Assembly (NCBI GenBank): GCA_023645945.1
Contig: JALAIB010000098.1
Location: 1 to 32,701, forward strand
Reading direction: 5' to 3'
DNA length: 32,701 nucleotides
Origin: Diploschistes diacapsis
Taxonomy: Eukaryota
The notes under the pieces are model-generated. The model worked only from the letters and a program-made list of their open reading frames with translations. It made no database searches and had not been told where the DNA came from. This document shows, piece after piece, positions 22,376-32,701 of the stretch. The translations under genes and the position numbers were made by a program. Within the stretch, counting starts at the first letter, position 1, and every line of letters begins with the position of its first letter.

Positions 22376-23345
22376 ATGCCAGGTCCAAAGCCAAAACCGT
22401 CCGAGGTTGCTGTGGAGGCAAAGAGGACTTACATACCTTATATCGAGAAGAGGTACCCTGATCTGCTGGCCAAGTCTTTTGCATACTCGGATGTGGACCA
22501 TTTGACAAGCTCGGGAGACAAGAACAAGCTATCCAAGAAACTACGGGTGGCAGTAATAGATGGCGATTCTGTTGACATAGCGCTGAAATGGAACCAAGAA
22601 GAATCAAGAACCAAGGCTCAGGATATGAAGAGAAGAGTGTGCTCCAACGAGCTACGAATCCCGCTTGTCCTTCCTGTAGATGAGAAGCGAGCAGGTGGCG
22701 ACTGGGAATCCGGCTCCATGGCCCCTGAAGAGAATCTTTCTCGCAGAAGCAATCTTGTGCATTGCCTCTCACGGCATCGCGCTGTATCGAGCGATTCTGC
22801 CGCCTACCCGATTCCTTCCAAAGGAGGCTTGTATTCGCCACACGTCGGTGAGGCTGGCTTTCTACCCCCCATAAACCAACAGAGTATTAATTGGAGACAC
22901 AGTCGTTTTCCGTTCGGGCCCTCAAGCCGGGTACAAGGTCTGGTCAGAGTTTGCTTGGCTCCCAGTGATCTCGGTAGCACCCGGACGGCGACCTAAACTG
23001 ACATCGAGCGGCGAAGATTATTCCTTTGAGCAAGAAAGAGAACTCATGAGGGAGAAGATGAGAATTGTCCTCCGCATGGCCGCAGCTTGGCGCCACCGAG
23101 ATCTCTGCATCGGACCATTTGGAACAGGGCTTGGCTTTCGCAACCCTTCAAAACAGCTGGCCAGCATGTGGAAAGAGATCCTATTCACGGAAGATGAATT
23201 CCAGAATGCTTTCGAGAACATCGTCTTCGCCATCGAGAACAACGTGCCTGGGAGCAATGGCAGCTCGAGTTGCTCGGATTTTGATATTTTCAAGAAGGAG
23301 TTCGACCCGTCCAATGTGTGCAAGACCAGCTACAGGGGCAATTGA
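22376..23345 (+). CDS. TIGR02452/DUF2263 family (microbial PARG-like macrodomain) protein
   Basis: Exons 22376-22847 and 22903-23345. Motifs VIDGDSVDIA, GGDWESGSMAPEENLSRRSNL, GGLYSPHV|VVFR, VISVA, LCIGPFGTGLGFRNP, FENIVFAI. Confidence 0.8.
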
Positions 23346-23912
23346 CGCGACTGTCAATGGTCGTCATGGGACAGCCACGAAAGGCGATAGACGCTGAAGA
23401 TAGTGCAATTTCCAGCTGGTAGAGAATAGTAATCAGGAACATCAAGCCATAATAATCAACCACAACCTGATAGCAAGTAGACGTGATTCACGCAGACAGA
23501 AGGCCTTCAAACGGATGATTCATTGAATAGATGACTCTGGATTGCACATCTGCACCGCTGCAGGTAGATACCGATAGCTTCATGCATGGAGGCAACTCTC
23601 GATAACATGTAAGGGGCGGATCGTCAAGCTATGCCCCATTGTACTGTAGATCATATCGGCCCATCATTGAAGCCTCTTAAACTCAATCATTGACATGCGT
23701 TTCTCCGTTGCACAAGGGACTGCTTTATCTAGATACTTGCAGCTTCAAGTTCTTGGTTGCCATCAATCGTATTCGGATACTGCCTGGAATTAGCCATCAT
23801 CTCATCCATGGTATATAGGCTCGCTCGCCTGATGGTATGCTATGCTCGGCTTAGTATCTAACTTCACTAGAACATTTTTCCATCTCGCTGCTCTTTCGCC
23901 CATCGTATCATC

Positions 23913-25562
23913 ATGAGTCTCTTGTGTGGATATGTCTTCTGCTCTTTGCAATAGTCCTTGCCATTAACGGTCAAAAAGACCCGAGCATTGACTCCAGAGA
24001 TTTCGCGTGCTTCACAACCCGAGAGTGCTAGCCTTCAACTTTCTCCCATCTCTCCTGTCGAAGCAAGCTTTGCAGATGGGCGCCCCTTCCAGAGGTTACA
24101 AGGCTATGACGGTCTGGCAATCGTCAGTGGCCTTCACGTAGTGCGTCCATGGTTTGACATAAGCGACAATCGACGCTCCAACAATCTCCCAGCTGCTAGT
24201 GCCATTGCTGGATCCCGCATCCCAGAGCTTTCGGCAAGTCATGTCGCACTACACCCTACTGTTCCAAGTGGCAGCGACTCTAAAGTCGAATATGAAGTCG
24301 CCGGCAATGCAGACGAGCCACAGACTTCGGAGACCGGCGGAGAGAACAAATCCGAGACATAGTAGAAACATCAGGGCCTGACCTGGCGGCAATGGCCGCT
24401 GGTCCTGGTTCCCAACTTTCTCATAATGGCTATCGCCGGGATCGTTGTTGGCGTCATTGTCTGGAAAGAGAGTTCAAGGTCGGCTTCCGACAGCAGCGCA
24501 CCATCTCCCGGCACAAACACCTCTGTTTCATCTGCAAATCCACCCGCGGTCCCAATGGCTGGGGCCTTCAATGGAACAGATATCGTTCTCGCTTATCCAT
24601 GTCTCAGCAGTGAGACCCTCTGGATGTTTTATCAAGACTACGAGGGTGATATAAGCTTCATCGCCTTGGACACTGAAGGGCTTTGGCATCCCCAAGGGAA
24701 AGATACCCACGGTCAACGGAATGGTAAGCGGCTCAGCGTGGGCTGCTATGAGCTTTTCCGGTCGGCGACCCCACGCATGTAAGCGCCCCATCTGCGAGTG
24801 TTGAGAGTCGATACTGACGAAAGCTCAGATCGACCTGCTCTAGTTGATAGAACGGGGCAAATTCGAAACAAGATATATAGCAACGCCTTATAGGAATTCG
24901 CGGACGGCAATGTTTATACAAGAATATTCACAATGCCACCAAATGTCTCTGTGATTCGGAGGATGTCCTTGTATGGGAACGATTTCGACGATGGACTCTT
25001 CTATATGCATGCAGGAGGTACTGACGGCTTGCTGCACGAGTATACATTTGATCAACTGCATGCCGCCTGGCAGCGTACATCCGACTTCGTGGCCTCAAAC
25101 GGTTTCTCCGCGTCGGCTGTTTCGCCTCTCACGAACCTCTCGACTATCCATCTCGTCAACAGCGACGGCAACCTCCAGTACTCCACAGAGGCCCTTGCAG
25201 CGCGAGGCAGCGTACCGCAGCCTTATAACCACGGCGCCACACCACAGCAGCTGCCTGTGATCGTTTACAGCGACAGCGCTTTGCAGCTCGACAAGGACAT
25301 TAGGATATTCTGTTCCAGGACACGAGTGGGATGATACACACCATTGGTTTCCGTGGTGTCAGCGCCTAGTGGAATGCACCCGTTCCTACTAACATCAAAG
25401 CGCGCCTAGGAACAAGCGTGAAGGCGACCAAGGGAGGTCTCTACCTAGGCTTGAATGCTGAGGCTACCTGTATTTCTGCAAATATATGGAAACGATATCA
25501 CGCACCTGATACGGGCAAACAACCCGGGCGCGATGACGGTCTTAGAGAGTCCGCTCATATGA
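23913..25562 (+). pseudogene. Decayed gene for a single-pass membrane protein with a fucose-specific-lectin-like beta-propeller
   Basis: ORFs 23958-24362 and 24426-24782 are in the same frame, separated by TAG TAG (24360-24365). TM segment FLIMAIAGIVVGVIVW. Blade-like peptides LWMFYQDYEGDI..W, VDRTGQIRNKIYSN, YMHAGGTDGLLHEYTF..W, LFQDTSGMI and LQIYGNDITHLIR lie in shifting frames. Intron-like segment 24779-24828. Further TAG at 24891. The 5' limit is uncertain. Confidence 0.65.
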
Positions 25563-26349
25563 AGAGAAACGCAGTTGCTACTTTGGATTGGAGCAGCAGA
25601 CTCAAGCATTCGAGGAGGCAGGTTCATTACGCTTCCTTGACCAGGACCATTAGCCCAGCACCTGAACCTGCATGCTCATAAAGCTCGTAGTAGATTTGTG
25701 AGCTTGGCGACAACGCAGATGTCCAAGTTTTCGCCGCAACATAGCCAAGAATGGACCTGGGGTTTACTTCTAAGCGTAGCTGTAGATTAGGAAAATGGAC
25801 GTGGCGGGCGAAGGAATATCGGGGATCTCTGGCTGGAACGCTCAGAAAACATCCACCTGAATTTTCAAGCAGTCTCCGTGCTGTCGATCAACACGTGCTT
25901 GACAAGGTGGGAGCATAACCATCACGGTAGGAGGGAAAATACAAGCACAGTCGATGGCGGTATCAATGTCCGAACCGCCCGCTCTGCCTCCGCTTTGCTA
26001 AAATGCCGCCATTATCATGCCAGCCTTCCTCCACCACGAAGCAGCATCTGCGATACAGAATGCTTCATATCGGCGAGCTGACGACTTGGAAAGCAGTTAA
26101 TTCTCACCATAGCCTACATTACGTAGCACATATGCTACCATACCTGACCTACGGAGCCGTTCGTGCGCTCCAACAAACGGTTGCAGGAGTTTGAGGTCTC
26201 GTACCGAAAACCGAAAACTTGTTGAGTTGTAGCTCATAGGACTTCACAGGGCCTCAAAAGCATACAAAATCAAAAGACAGCTGCACGTTGAACAACTGTT
26301 TATCTTCTATCTTCCGTCCAGGGTGACACTACTTTCAATGCTTTCAGTG

Positions 26350-27140
26350 CTCCCTACCCCTGCCTTTTCTCGGCCCATCTCCATCAAATCAGTCCTTCTT
26401 CTTCTTTTTCTGCTCCCCCTTCTTCCCTTACCTTCCTCCACCCCCGGACCCCCAGCATCCACTCTTCAATCTCTCCCAAGCCTTCCCTCCATCCCTCCCA
26501 CCGCCCCTTTCCCATCGTCTTCCCCTCGCCGATTCCTGTCCGCTCACGCGCCTCCATCACATGAGGAATGATCCAAACCCAAAAAAGTCCTGCGGATATA
26601 GGATCACTGACCCTAATTCTAAATCTAGAATCAGAAAGAGGAGGAGGAGGAGGAGGAAGTAGGAACGAGGGGGGTGGGGGAACAGGACGACGTATGGGCG
26701 CCGCCGCATCGATAGGGCGTGGCGGGATACAGGGACAAGGAGCCAACCCCTTGTCCGAGACCCAGGGGTGGAGGGGCTGTGGAGATGAACATGGTGGACA
26801 GAGCGGTTCGATAACTGGGTTCAGAGGGGGTGAAAGGGAAATGTCGGTTGTGGAGGGAGGGAAGGAAGGAGGGGGATACTGGGGCGATGGAGGGTGGCGA
26901 CGTCGGGAAGGCACATTGCTTGAAGAGAAAGGGCTAGCGGGTAAAGATGTGAGAGCAGGGGTTTTGGGAAGCAAGATCACAAAGCGAGTCTCTGTGGATG
27001 CCGCTTTGGACCATTGGGTATGGTATGGAATATCTTGGTTTGATTGTCGAAATAGAGGATAATCTAGAACACGTTCGATGATCGTCATTGCCTTCCCTTC
27101 CCTTCCCTTCCCTTCCAGTACTCCTCCTCCGCCTCCTCCG
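26350..27140. repeat. Low-complexity region: C/T-rich tract (~26350-26550), G/A-rich tract (~26630-26960) including (GGA)n, then (CCTTC)5 at 27091-27116 and (CCT)n
   Basis: Read directly. Overlapping ORFs are only Pro- or Gly-rich low-complexity translations. Confidence 0.8.
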
Positions 27141-27419
27141 CTACCTGGAGCGACCAAGTCGGAAACAAACATCTTCCGCCGTGCAGCCGATATATCCGTC
27201 CTTTGGCGCCTGTGCCATGCAGAAACATAAAGGCTCCGTGGTGTGGACAACGTTGAGAGCTAGGCGGACCGCCGGGGATTTGCCCTCGTGTATGTGTAAG
27301 AAGAAAAAAGAGCGTGGGATATCATTCAAGCAGGGAAAAGGGTCGTGCGGAGCATTCGCGCCAATTACCAGCGTTGCGGTCTGAACACAACCGGTATGAG
27401 GGTTGGATAGCGCAACTCT

Positions 27420-28384
27420 TCACATGGCCATTTCTGCCTGCAGTTTCTGCAACTCCGCTTCTTCGTCTTCTTCCTCTTCTGTCGGCTTGTTCTTTCCTTT
27501 GACTGTAAGAATGCAATGTTAGTACGGTCGACTCGACTGCGGATCTCCCGAGCAAGCAGGGATAGGAGCAACTTACTTTCTCCATTCGCTGGGCCAGGTA
27601 GAGCCGGCATGGTGCCCGTCTTGAGCATCTTCTCGTCTAGCGCCTCCTGTTCGATTTCCGCGAGGTCGGCATCCAGCTCGGCTTCGTCTATGGGCTCGCC
27701 GGTTTGCGGGCCGCTTGCGATGGCGTTGCCAATCTCGTCCGCAAGCGCCTTTTGTTCAGTAAGTTCCTCCCTGAAATTGAATTAGCGACACCCCCCCTGA
27801 AGTATACAAGTATCGTGCACGACGCATGGGGCAAGTGCTGGATTCTCGACTGGATGTGTAACAGATGAACAACGACGTACATTATCTGGTCGACCTTGTC
27901 GATCGTATAATCTCCATGGATGTTCCTCATAGCTTTACCGGCGTTCTTCATCGCCGTCAACGTTTCCTGGTTGATGTTCGCAGACTCGATCGAATATATT
28001 TGGTTCTCTAGCATGGTGATCTGGTTCGCGGTTTGCTCCAGCGAGTGCTCGTGTGCCTTCTTCCGCTTCAAGGCCGTTCGGGCAGCTACCATGGCGGATT
28101 AGCACATGTGCAACACGAATATTAGACGTTATCGTTTGTGCCGCGGAGCAGCCTGATCCTACAATGATGGGAAGTCGAATAAGTAGGTCATGTGGAGCAT
28201 CAGACGTACCCGTCTTATTTGTGCTAACGTTTTTCCTCGCTATCGCATCTTGCTCCGCCATCTGGTTCTCCAGATGTTTTTCTCTTTTCTGCAGCATATC
28301 GAGCTGCATCCGCAGCTGCAGTATGGCCTTTTTCGGCGCATCCTTGCGCTGCTGGGCGCTGTTGCCGCCAAACCAGCCCCACAT
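27420..28384 (-). CDS. SNF7: ESCRT-III subunit Snf7/Vps32
   Basis: Exons 28384-28210, 28085-27881, 27770-27577, 27502-27420. MWGWFGG N-terminal anchor, AARTALKRKKAHE, SIESANINQET, IDEAELDADL, and C-terminal EEAELQKLQAEMAM. Confidence 0.95.
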
Positions 28385-28919
28385 AGTGGGCTACCTTGTA
28401 AAGTTCCAGATACGGGGGATCGATTAGGGGCGTGAGAGTATAGAGATGTCCGGCAGTATATGCCCGTTATGCGAGATTCGATCGCTGACAGCAGCCGTCA
28501 AGATATTTGGGTGCCTAGATGGGTGAAAGAAGATCGGACAGGGGTTGGAATGTAGTAGGTCGTAGCCTGAGTCAGTACACAGTCTTTGGACTGTTTGCTG
28601 GTCGTTAATCGAAGTTGCAGTTGAAGAATTTCGAGAAGTTCCTAGGAGGCTAACTATAACTATCTAGATCATGGCACGCATCAGAAGCCTATCTTGGGAG
28701 GAACCTGGTTTTGTTAGGGACGATGATGCGGCAGACGAATGACATCGCTCATGCGGAAGGGAAGATAGAATAGCCGAAGAGCCGAAGTCGGTGTCGAAAA
28801 GCCGTGCTTGGCGGCTACCCGAATCCGATATTCAAGTATCTATACGAACTGCAGTAGAGTTATTCTATCTGTCACACCAAACGTCTTCTACGGAGCTCAG
28901 CGACCCTACAGCACCTGAA

Positions 28920-29471
28920 ATGAGTGCTATTCCCCCAGCTGCCCGACTGATACAACTTTCAGAGCTCACAGAAGTTCGGCTGGGAGCGAAGGTGCGGTTC
29001 TTAGGGCGCGTGGCAGCTTATAGTATCGACAGTGGTTGCTTGTACCTAGAGGATCCGGTTTCGAGCGAGCAGTCATATTACAATGACTTGGACTCTCAGC
29101 ACGATTCGGGTGAAATAGCTATATCTAAGGTCGTTGCAGAGATTGATACTACTCTTGTACGTGAGGAGATGCGGAACACAGATACTGCGGTGGATACTTG
29201 GCTCAACGTCCTTGGTTACGTCCAGTCAATCTCGGGTCCTAAGGACAAGGGCCGAGAAGTTGGATCGAAGACAGCGCAATACAATGGGCGAGAACCAGGA
29301 ACCGAGTCACTAGCATCAAGAAAGACATGCATATTCAAAGTTCGAACGCAAGCCTTGCTGGTATGGGATGCAGGACCACTGAATCCAGTAGCGTACAAAA
29401 AAGCTCTGAAGGCACGGACATTAATGGTGAAGGAGAGCCAAGCTTTATTAACATCGCAATGCCAACGATAG
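28920..29471 (+). CDS. TEN1: CST telomere-capping complex subunit Ten1 (OB fold)
   Basis: Single exon from the ATG at 28920. GAKVRFLGRVAAY, WLNVLGYV and TQALLVWDAG resemble fungal Ten1. Confidence 0.78.
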   Translation: MSAIPPAARLIQLSELTEVRLGAKVRFLGRVAAYSIDSGCLYLEDPVSSEQSYYNDLDSQHDSGEIAISKVVAEIDTTLVREEMRNTDTAVDTWLNVLGYVQSISGPKDKGREVGSKTAQYNGREPGTESLASRKTCIFKVRTQALLVWDAGPLNPVAYKKALKARTLMVKESQALLTSQCQR

Positions 29472-29670
29472 GCTCGAAGCATGTCAAGGATGGATGACGA
29501 AGGAGATGTTGATTTGGTTTGGAGTACAACATATGATATGCTCGTTGCAGTAACACATTGCAATCTAGATCAACCAACTTATCAACGCCATTATCGCTGA
29601 TGCCGAGCGTCTCTTGTTGTCTCGACTTATTGGTACACAAGTAGTCTCACACGAGCTCCCCAATCCTCGC

Positions 29671-30128
29671 TTACTGCATCTTGCTCTTGGCCTCGCCCTT
29701 GAGCTCGGCGGCTTTGCCCTTGGCTTCACCAGCCATTTCAGAAGCCTTCCCTTGCATCTCGGAGGCCTTCCCTTTGGCCTCACCTGAGCTCATACCCGCG
29801 GCCTCCTTCACCTTCTGGGCAGCAGTTTCTGTCCACGTTTTAGCACATTCCAGGGGTACTGAGAACAAAGAAGGTAAGGTAATTCTTACCTGAAGCATCG
29901 ATGCCTTTCACAGCAGCATCTGAAACGGTCCTGTTCGCCTGGCGGGAAATTTTAGCTCGTCTTCCAAATCTACTGCCTTCAAGTTCTCACCGTGTGTGCA
30001 ACGTCTTTGGCGCTATCTACTGCACTCTTCTGGACACGCAGAGCAGTCGAGAAAGGGGCCGTGGTAGCAGGAGCAGCAAAGCGGGAAGCAGCAAGTGGCG
30101 CCCTGACGGTCTTGAGGAAGAAAGACAT
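29671..30128 (-). CDS. Small LEA-like (group 3-type 11-mer repeat) protein with probable mitochondrial presequence
   Basis: Exons 30128-29991, 29938-29890, 29828-29671. Presequence-like N-terminus MSFFLKTVRAPLAASRF..FSTALR with no acidic residues. Repeats GEAKGKASEM / GEAKGKAAEL. Confidence 0.82.
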
Positions 30129-30193
30129 TGTGGTTGGAAACGAGATAGTAATCGAAGGGGACGAGGTCTGAGGTTCGGAGGCAAGATTTGAGG

Positions 30194-30217
30194 ATTTGTA
30201 TTTGTATTTGTATTTGT
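30194..30217. repeat. (ATTTGT)4 repeat just upstream of the LEA-like start codon
   Basis: Read directly. Confidence 0.9.
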
Positions 30218-30442
30218 GGTGGATGAGGCAGGTTTGAAAGTGTGTGATCAACTTTGAAGTATAGAAAGTGGCCAGTAGAGGAGCTTTTAGCTGAGTAGTA
30301 TTATTGTATTACAGGAGACTGATGTCATTGACCGTTGCTTAATCCGAATGATCTAAGCCGAAAGAGGCTAGCTGCGCTTGATGTCAGCTTGCAGCATTTT
30401 CTTTCAAGGATAAAAGATTCTCCTTCCGTCGCCAGGATTTAA

Positions 30443-30485
30443 CTTTCGACTCTTTCGACTCTTTCGATTCTTTCGACTCTTTCGA
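30443..30485. repeat. 9-bp tandem array (CTTTCGACT) x~4.8
   Basis: Units start at 30443, 30452, 30461 (one mismatch), 30470 and 30479 (partial), in the divergent intergenic region. Confidence 0.92.
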
Positions 30486-30945
30486 GAGAGCATCAATCGT
30501 CGATCGTGCAAAAGAGCAGACATTGGTGTGTAATCTAAAGGCACTGGGCATGAAAGAACAGGATGGCGGAGACTATCTTTTTGTCCGAGGAGGAATTTCC
30601 AAGCATAGCCGCTTACAGGCCAAATCTACCAGACAGGAGATGCTTGTTCTTAAGCAAGAAGCATTCCACTTGCAGACCTGATAACCAAAGTACTCCTTTG
30701 TCTAAGTCCTCGTGCTTAGTGGTCTAAAAGCTATCCTCACTCTCCACTACTGCGGTTGTCAATGCTTCTCTCTCTTCGCTCTGACCTGCATGGAGGAAAC
30801 TCATGCTTTAAGTATTTGCCAGCGCAATACGGCTATCGGAAAGCTTGGACCTTTGACCGCCCTAAATCGGACGGAAGAAATAAGGAGAAACTTGCAACCC
30901 GAACAAAATGCGGTGACTACGGTGACTACGTTGCCCAACACGGTG

Positions 30946-32325
30946 ATGTCGATTTATCTGGACTTGAGCGCGATCAATTTCTTCAAACTCCAGGACATCG
31001 ATGTTGTAAGGATGACTGGTGATGCCTTCGCTCCTGAATTCAACCGACTCAAGAACACCGAGCCAACGGCGGAAATTGGAAATGAAAAAACGAAAGGAAA
31101 CCTTGGTCCCGACGGCCTTACACCGTCCCGATTGATGCTTGGCGGCGACTACCCAGAAGTCAATCGGACAATGGTAGGGATATTGGCACTTAAGTGGCTA
31201 CTTTCGAATGATTACAACGCCTTCACTATGTACCAAGATCCGGCGGCCAAGCTTACGCAGGGCTCTTTCACAGCACTGAGGAACATGTTTCGAGAGGATC
31301 TGAGAAATACCGAGGAAGTGTACGCCCTCATCGTGGCCATAACAATCAACGACCTTGGTAAAGACGACTCGCTCTGGAAAGAGGTTCAGGCGCTTCAGCC
31401 GCCAAGAAAGTCTCAGCCGAACCACGACGAAATCATCTATCTAGCAGCACAGTTGGGGCTTGTACCCCTGATGTCGGATTTTCACGACTCTAGCACTTGC
31501 CATTTAAGCATAATACGAGGGCTTCGCTTGGGCTCAAGCCTCAATTTCGCGCAGTTTGCGCAAGCTGAAAACGTGCCGGCATCTTTGCTCGCCATTCAGT
31601 GTCTCCAGTCGGACCGGCATGCCCTGAAGCTCAAGTTCCTTGAGATTCTGTTGGATGTTGCAGGCGCTCAGGGACACCTCGAAGCTCGGTGCTGCATGAC
31701 CTTTACGGAACCCTTCTATCAAACTTATGCTGCCATGCGCCACGCTCTTTTTCACTTGATTGAGGGAACACTGTCCCCTCGAGACGCTTTCGATACGGTC
31801 CTTCGTCAAAGGGCAGACATGCTGACACAAGCCGGATTTCGGCAATTACTGGTTGAGAAAGCAGGTGATCGAGCTCTCTTACGCCTCTTTTGCATGGCAA
31901 GAACATCTCTTTTCGAGGATGCGCAGCTTATCGACATTGCTTTCAGTTCTCTAAAGGATACAGAGCTCACTGCGCTTGTTGATGGGCTAGCTGTGGACGG
32001 TATTGACGATGGGGATGCTGTAATCCCTTATTATGCGCCCTCTCTATTTGCCGTCCTCTTTCGTCAGTTCCAGGACTTGTCCGCAGAGAGAGCCACCGAA
32101 GCGATTGCTGTAACCATGCGCTTCTTGGGCAGGGTGTTTAGGGGCACAAAGCCACTGGCGGGAAGACCTGGTAGAGTCATTGAGTGCGACGTACGTTTCG
32201 CTCAAGATACTCTGAAAAGTAATGCGTTTATCAATAACCCGTCAATCCTAGATGATTTGGTGATACCTTTGGAAGCATATGGTGATGCCCTGGACGCCAA
32301 CAGCATAGCTAGTAGGCTTGCTTAA
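30946..32325 (+). CDS. Uncharacterised intronless helical protein with HD-domain-like motifs
   Basis: Open frame 30712-32325; the likely start is the ATG at 30946 (alternative ATG 30790). Natural globular composition. Motifs INDLGKD, PNHDEII, FAQAEN and LLDVAGAQGH. The HD relationship is inferred. Confidence 0.8.
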   Translation: MSIYLDLSAINFFKLQDIDVVRMTGDAFAPEFNRLKNTEPTAEIGNEKTKGNLGPDGLTPSRLMLGGDYPEVNRTMVGILALKWLLSNDYNAFTMYQDPAAKLTQGSFTALRNMFREDLRNTEEVYALIVAITINDLGKDDSLWKEVQALQPPRKSQPNHDEIIYLAAQLGLVPLMSDFHDSSTCHLSIIRGLRLGSSLNFAQFAQAENVPASLLAIQCLQSDRHALKLKFLEILLDVAGAQGHLEARCCMTFTEPFYQTYAAMRHALFHLIEGTLSPRDAFDTVLRQRADMLTQAGFRQLLVEKAGDRALLRLFCMARTSLFEDAQLIDIAFSSLKDTELTALVDGLAVDGIDDGDAVIPYYAPSLFAVLFRQFQDLSAERATEAIAVTMRFLGRVFRGTKPLAGRPGRVIECDVRFAQDTLKSNAFINNPSILDDLVIPLEAYGDALDANSIASRLA

Positions 32326-32701
32326 CGAACAAGGCAGGCAAACTATCAAATATAAGATGATATTCGGTGGTTATATTCCGGGCTGTTACCATTCTGTACA
32401 TGTCACGATTCTGAAAATATTTGATGGCAAGTAAGCACCTACAATAGTTGTTTCAGCTCGGTGTTGCCACCGGTTTTGAATATGTTCATAGTGTAGGCTG
32501 GGAAACACCTAGCTCTCAGCCATGGAAGTATTGAATTCGTTCCCAATATCCCTTCACTTCCCATTTCCCGCCCCTAGTGCAACAGCTTCAACGAAAAATC
32601 CACATGCGCCACCCCCTGATGTATGCTACTTGTGCTCATCACATCCACGCCGGCGCCCGCATATTCTCTAATATTCCCCTCGGTCAACCCCCCGCTGACC
32701 T

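Noticed and set aside
26384..27250. 288-aa Pro-rich minus ORF and 164-aa Gly-rich plus ORF
   Set aside because: Non-ATG start for the long ORF, and the composition simply mirrors the G/C skew. No domain or splice support.
1108..30128. Apparent functional cluster of trafficking, autophagy and mitochondrial genes (NBR1, SEC24, SNF7, TOM70, UPS1)
   Set aside because: These are common housekeeping categories interleaved with unrelated genes. There is no backbone biosynthetic enzyme or shared pathway to justify calling a cluster or novel system.
30443..30485. CRISPR-like or iteron-like interpretation of the short tandem array
   Set aside because: Contiguous 9-bp units without spacers in a eukaryotic genome, and no cas or rep genes.

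Overview
Eukaryotic genomic DNA from a filamentous ascomycete (Pezizomycotina-like): short GT-AG introns with CTRAY branch points, and an AT-rich, RIP-like transposon relic at the left end. I can support 12 protein-coding genes, mostly housekeeping: an NBR1-like autophagy receptor (4 ZZ + FW + LIR), a Zn2Cys6 transcription factor, a SEC24C/SFB3-type COPII subunit, an Ups1/PRELI lipid-transfer protein, cytosolic TrpRS, an ABZ2-like ADC lyase, TOM70, a TIGR02452/DUF2263 PARG-like macrodomain protein, SNF7, TEN1, a small LEA-like protein with a probable mitochondrial presequence, and an intronless uncharacterised HD-like protein. There is also a decayed gene for a membrane-anchored beta-propeller (fucose-lectin-like) protein and several microsatellites. 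I found no convincing new multi-gene system. The most striking signal is compositional: the last exon of SEC24 has 130 consecutive codons ending in G/C inside an otherwise mixed-codon gene, and it sits in one of several islands where a C-rich tract flips to a G-rich tract. Exon boundaries were inferred by eye and family assignments come from recalled motifs, not database searches.
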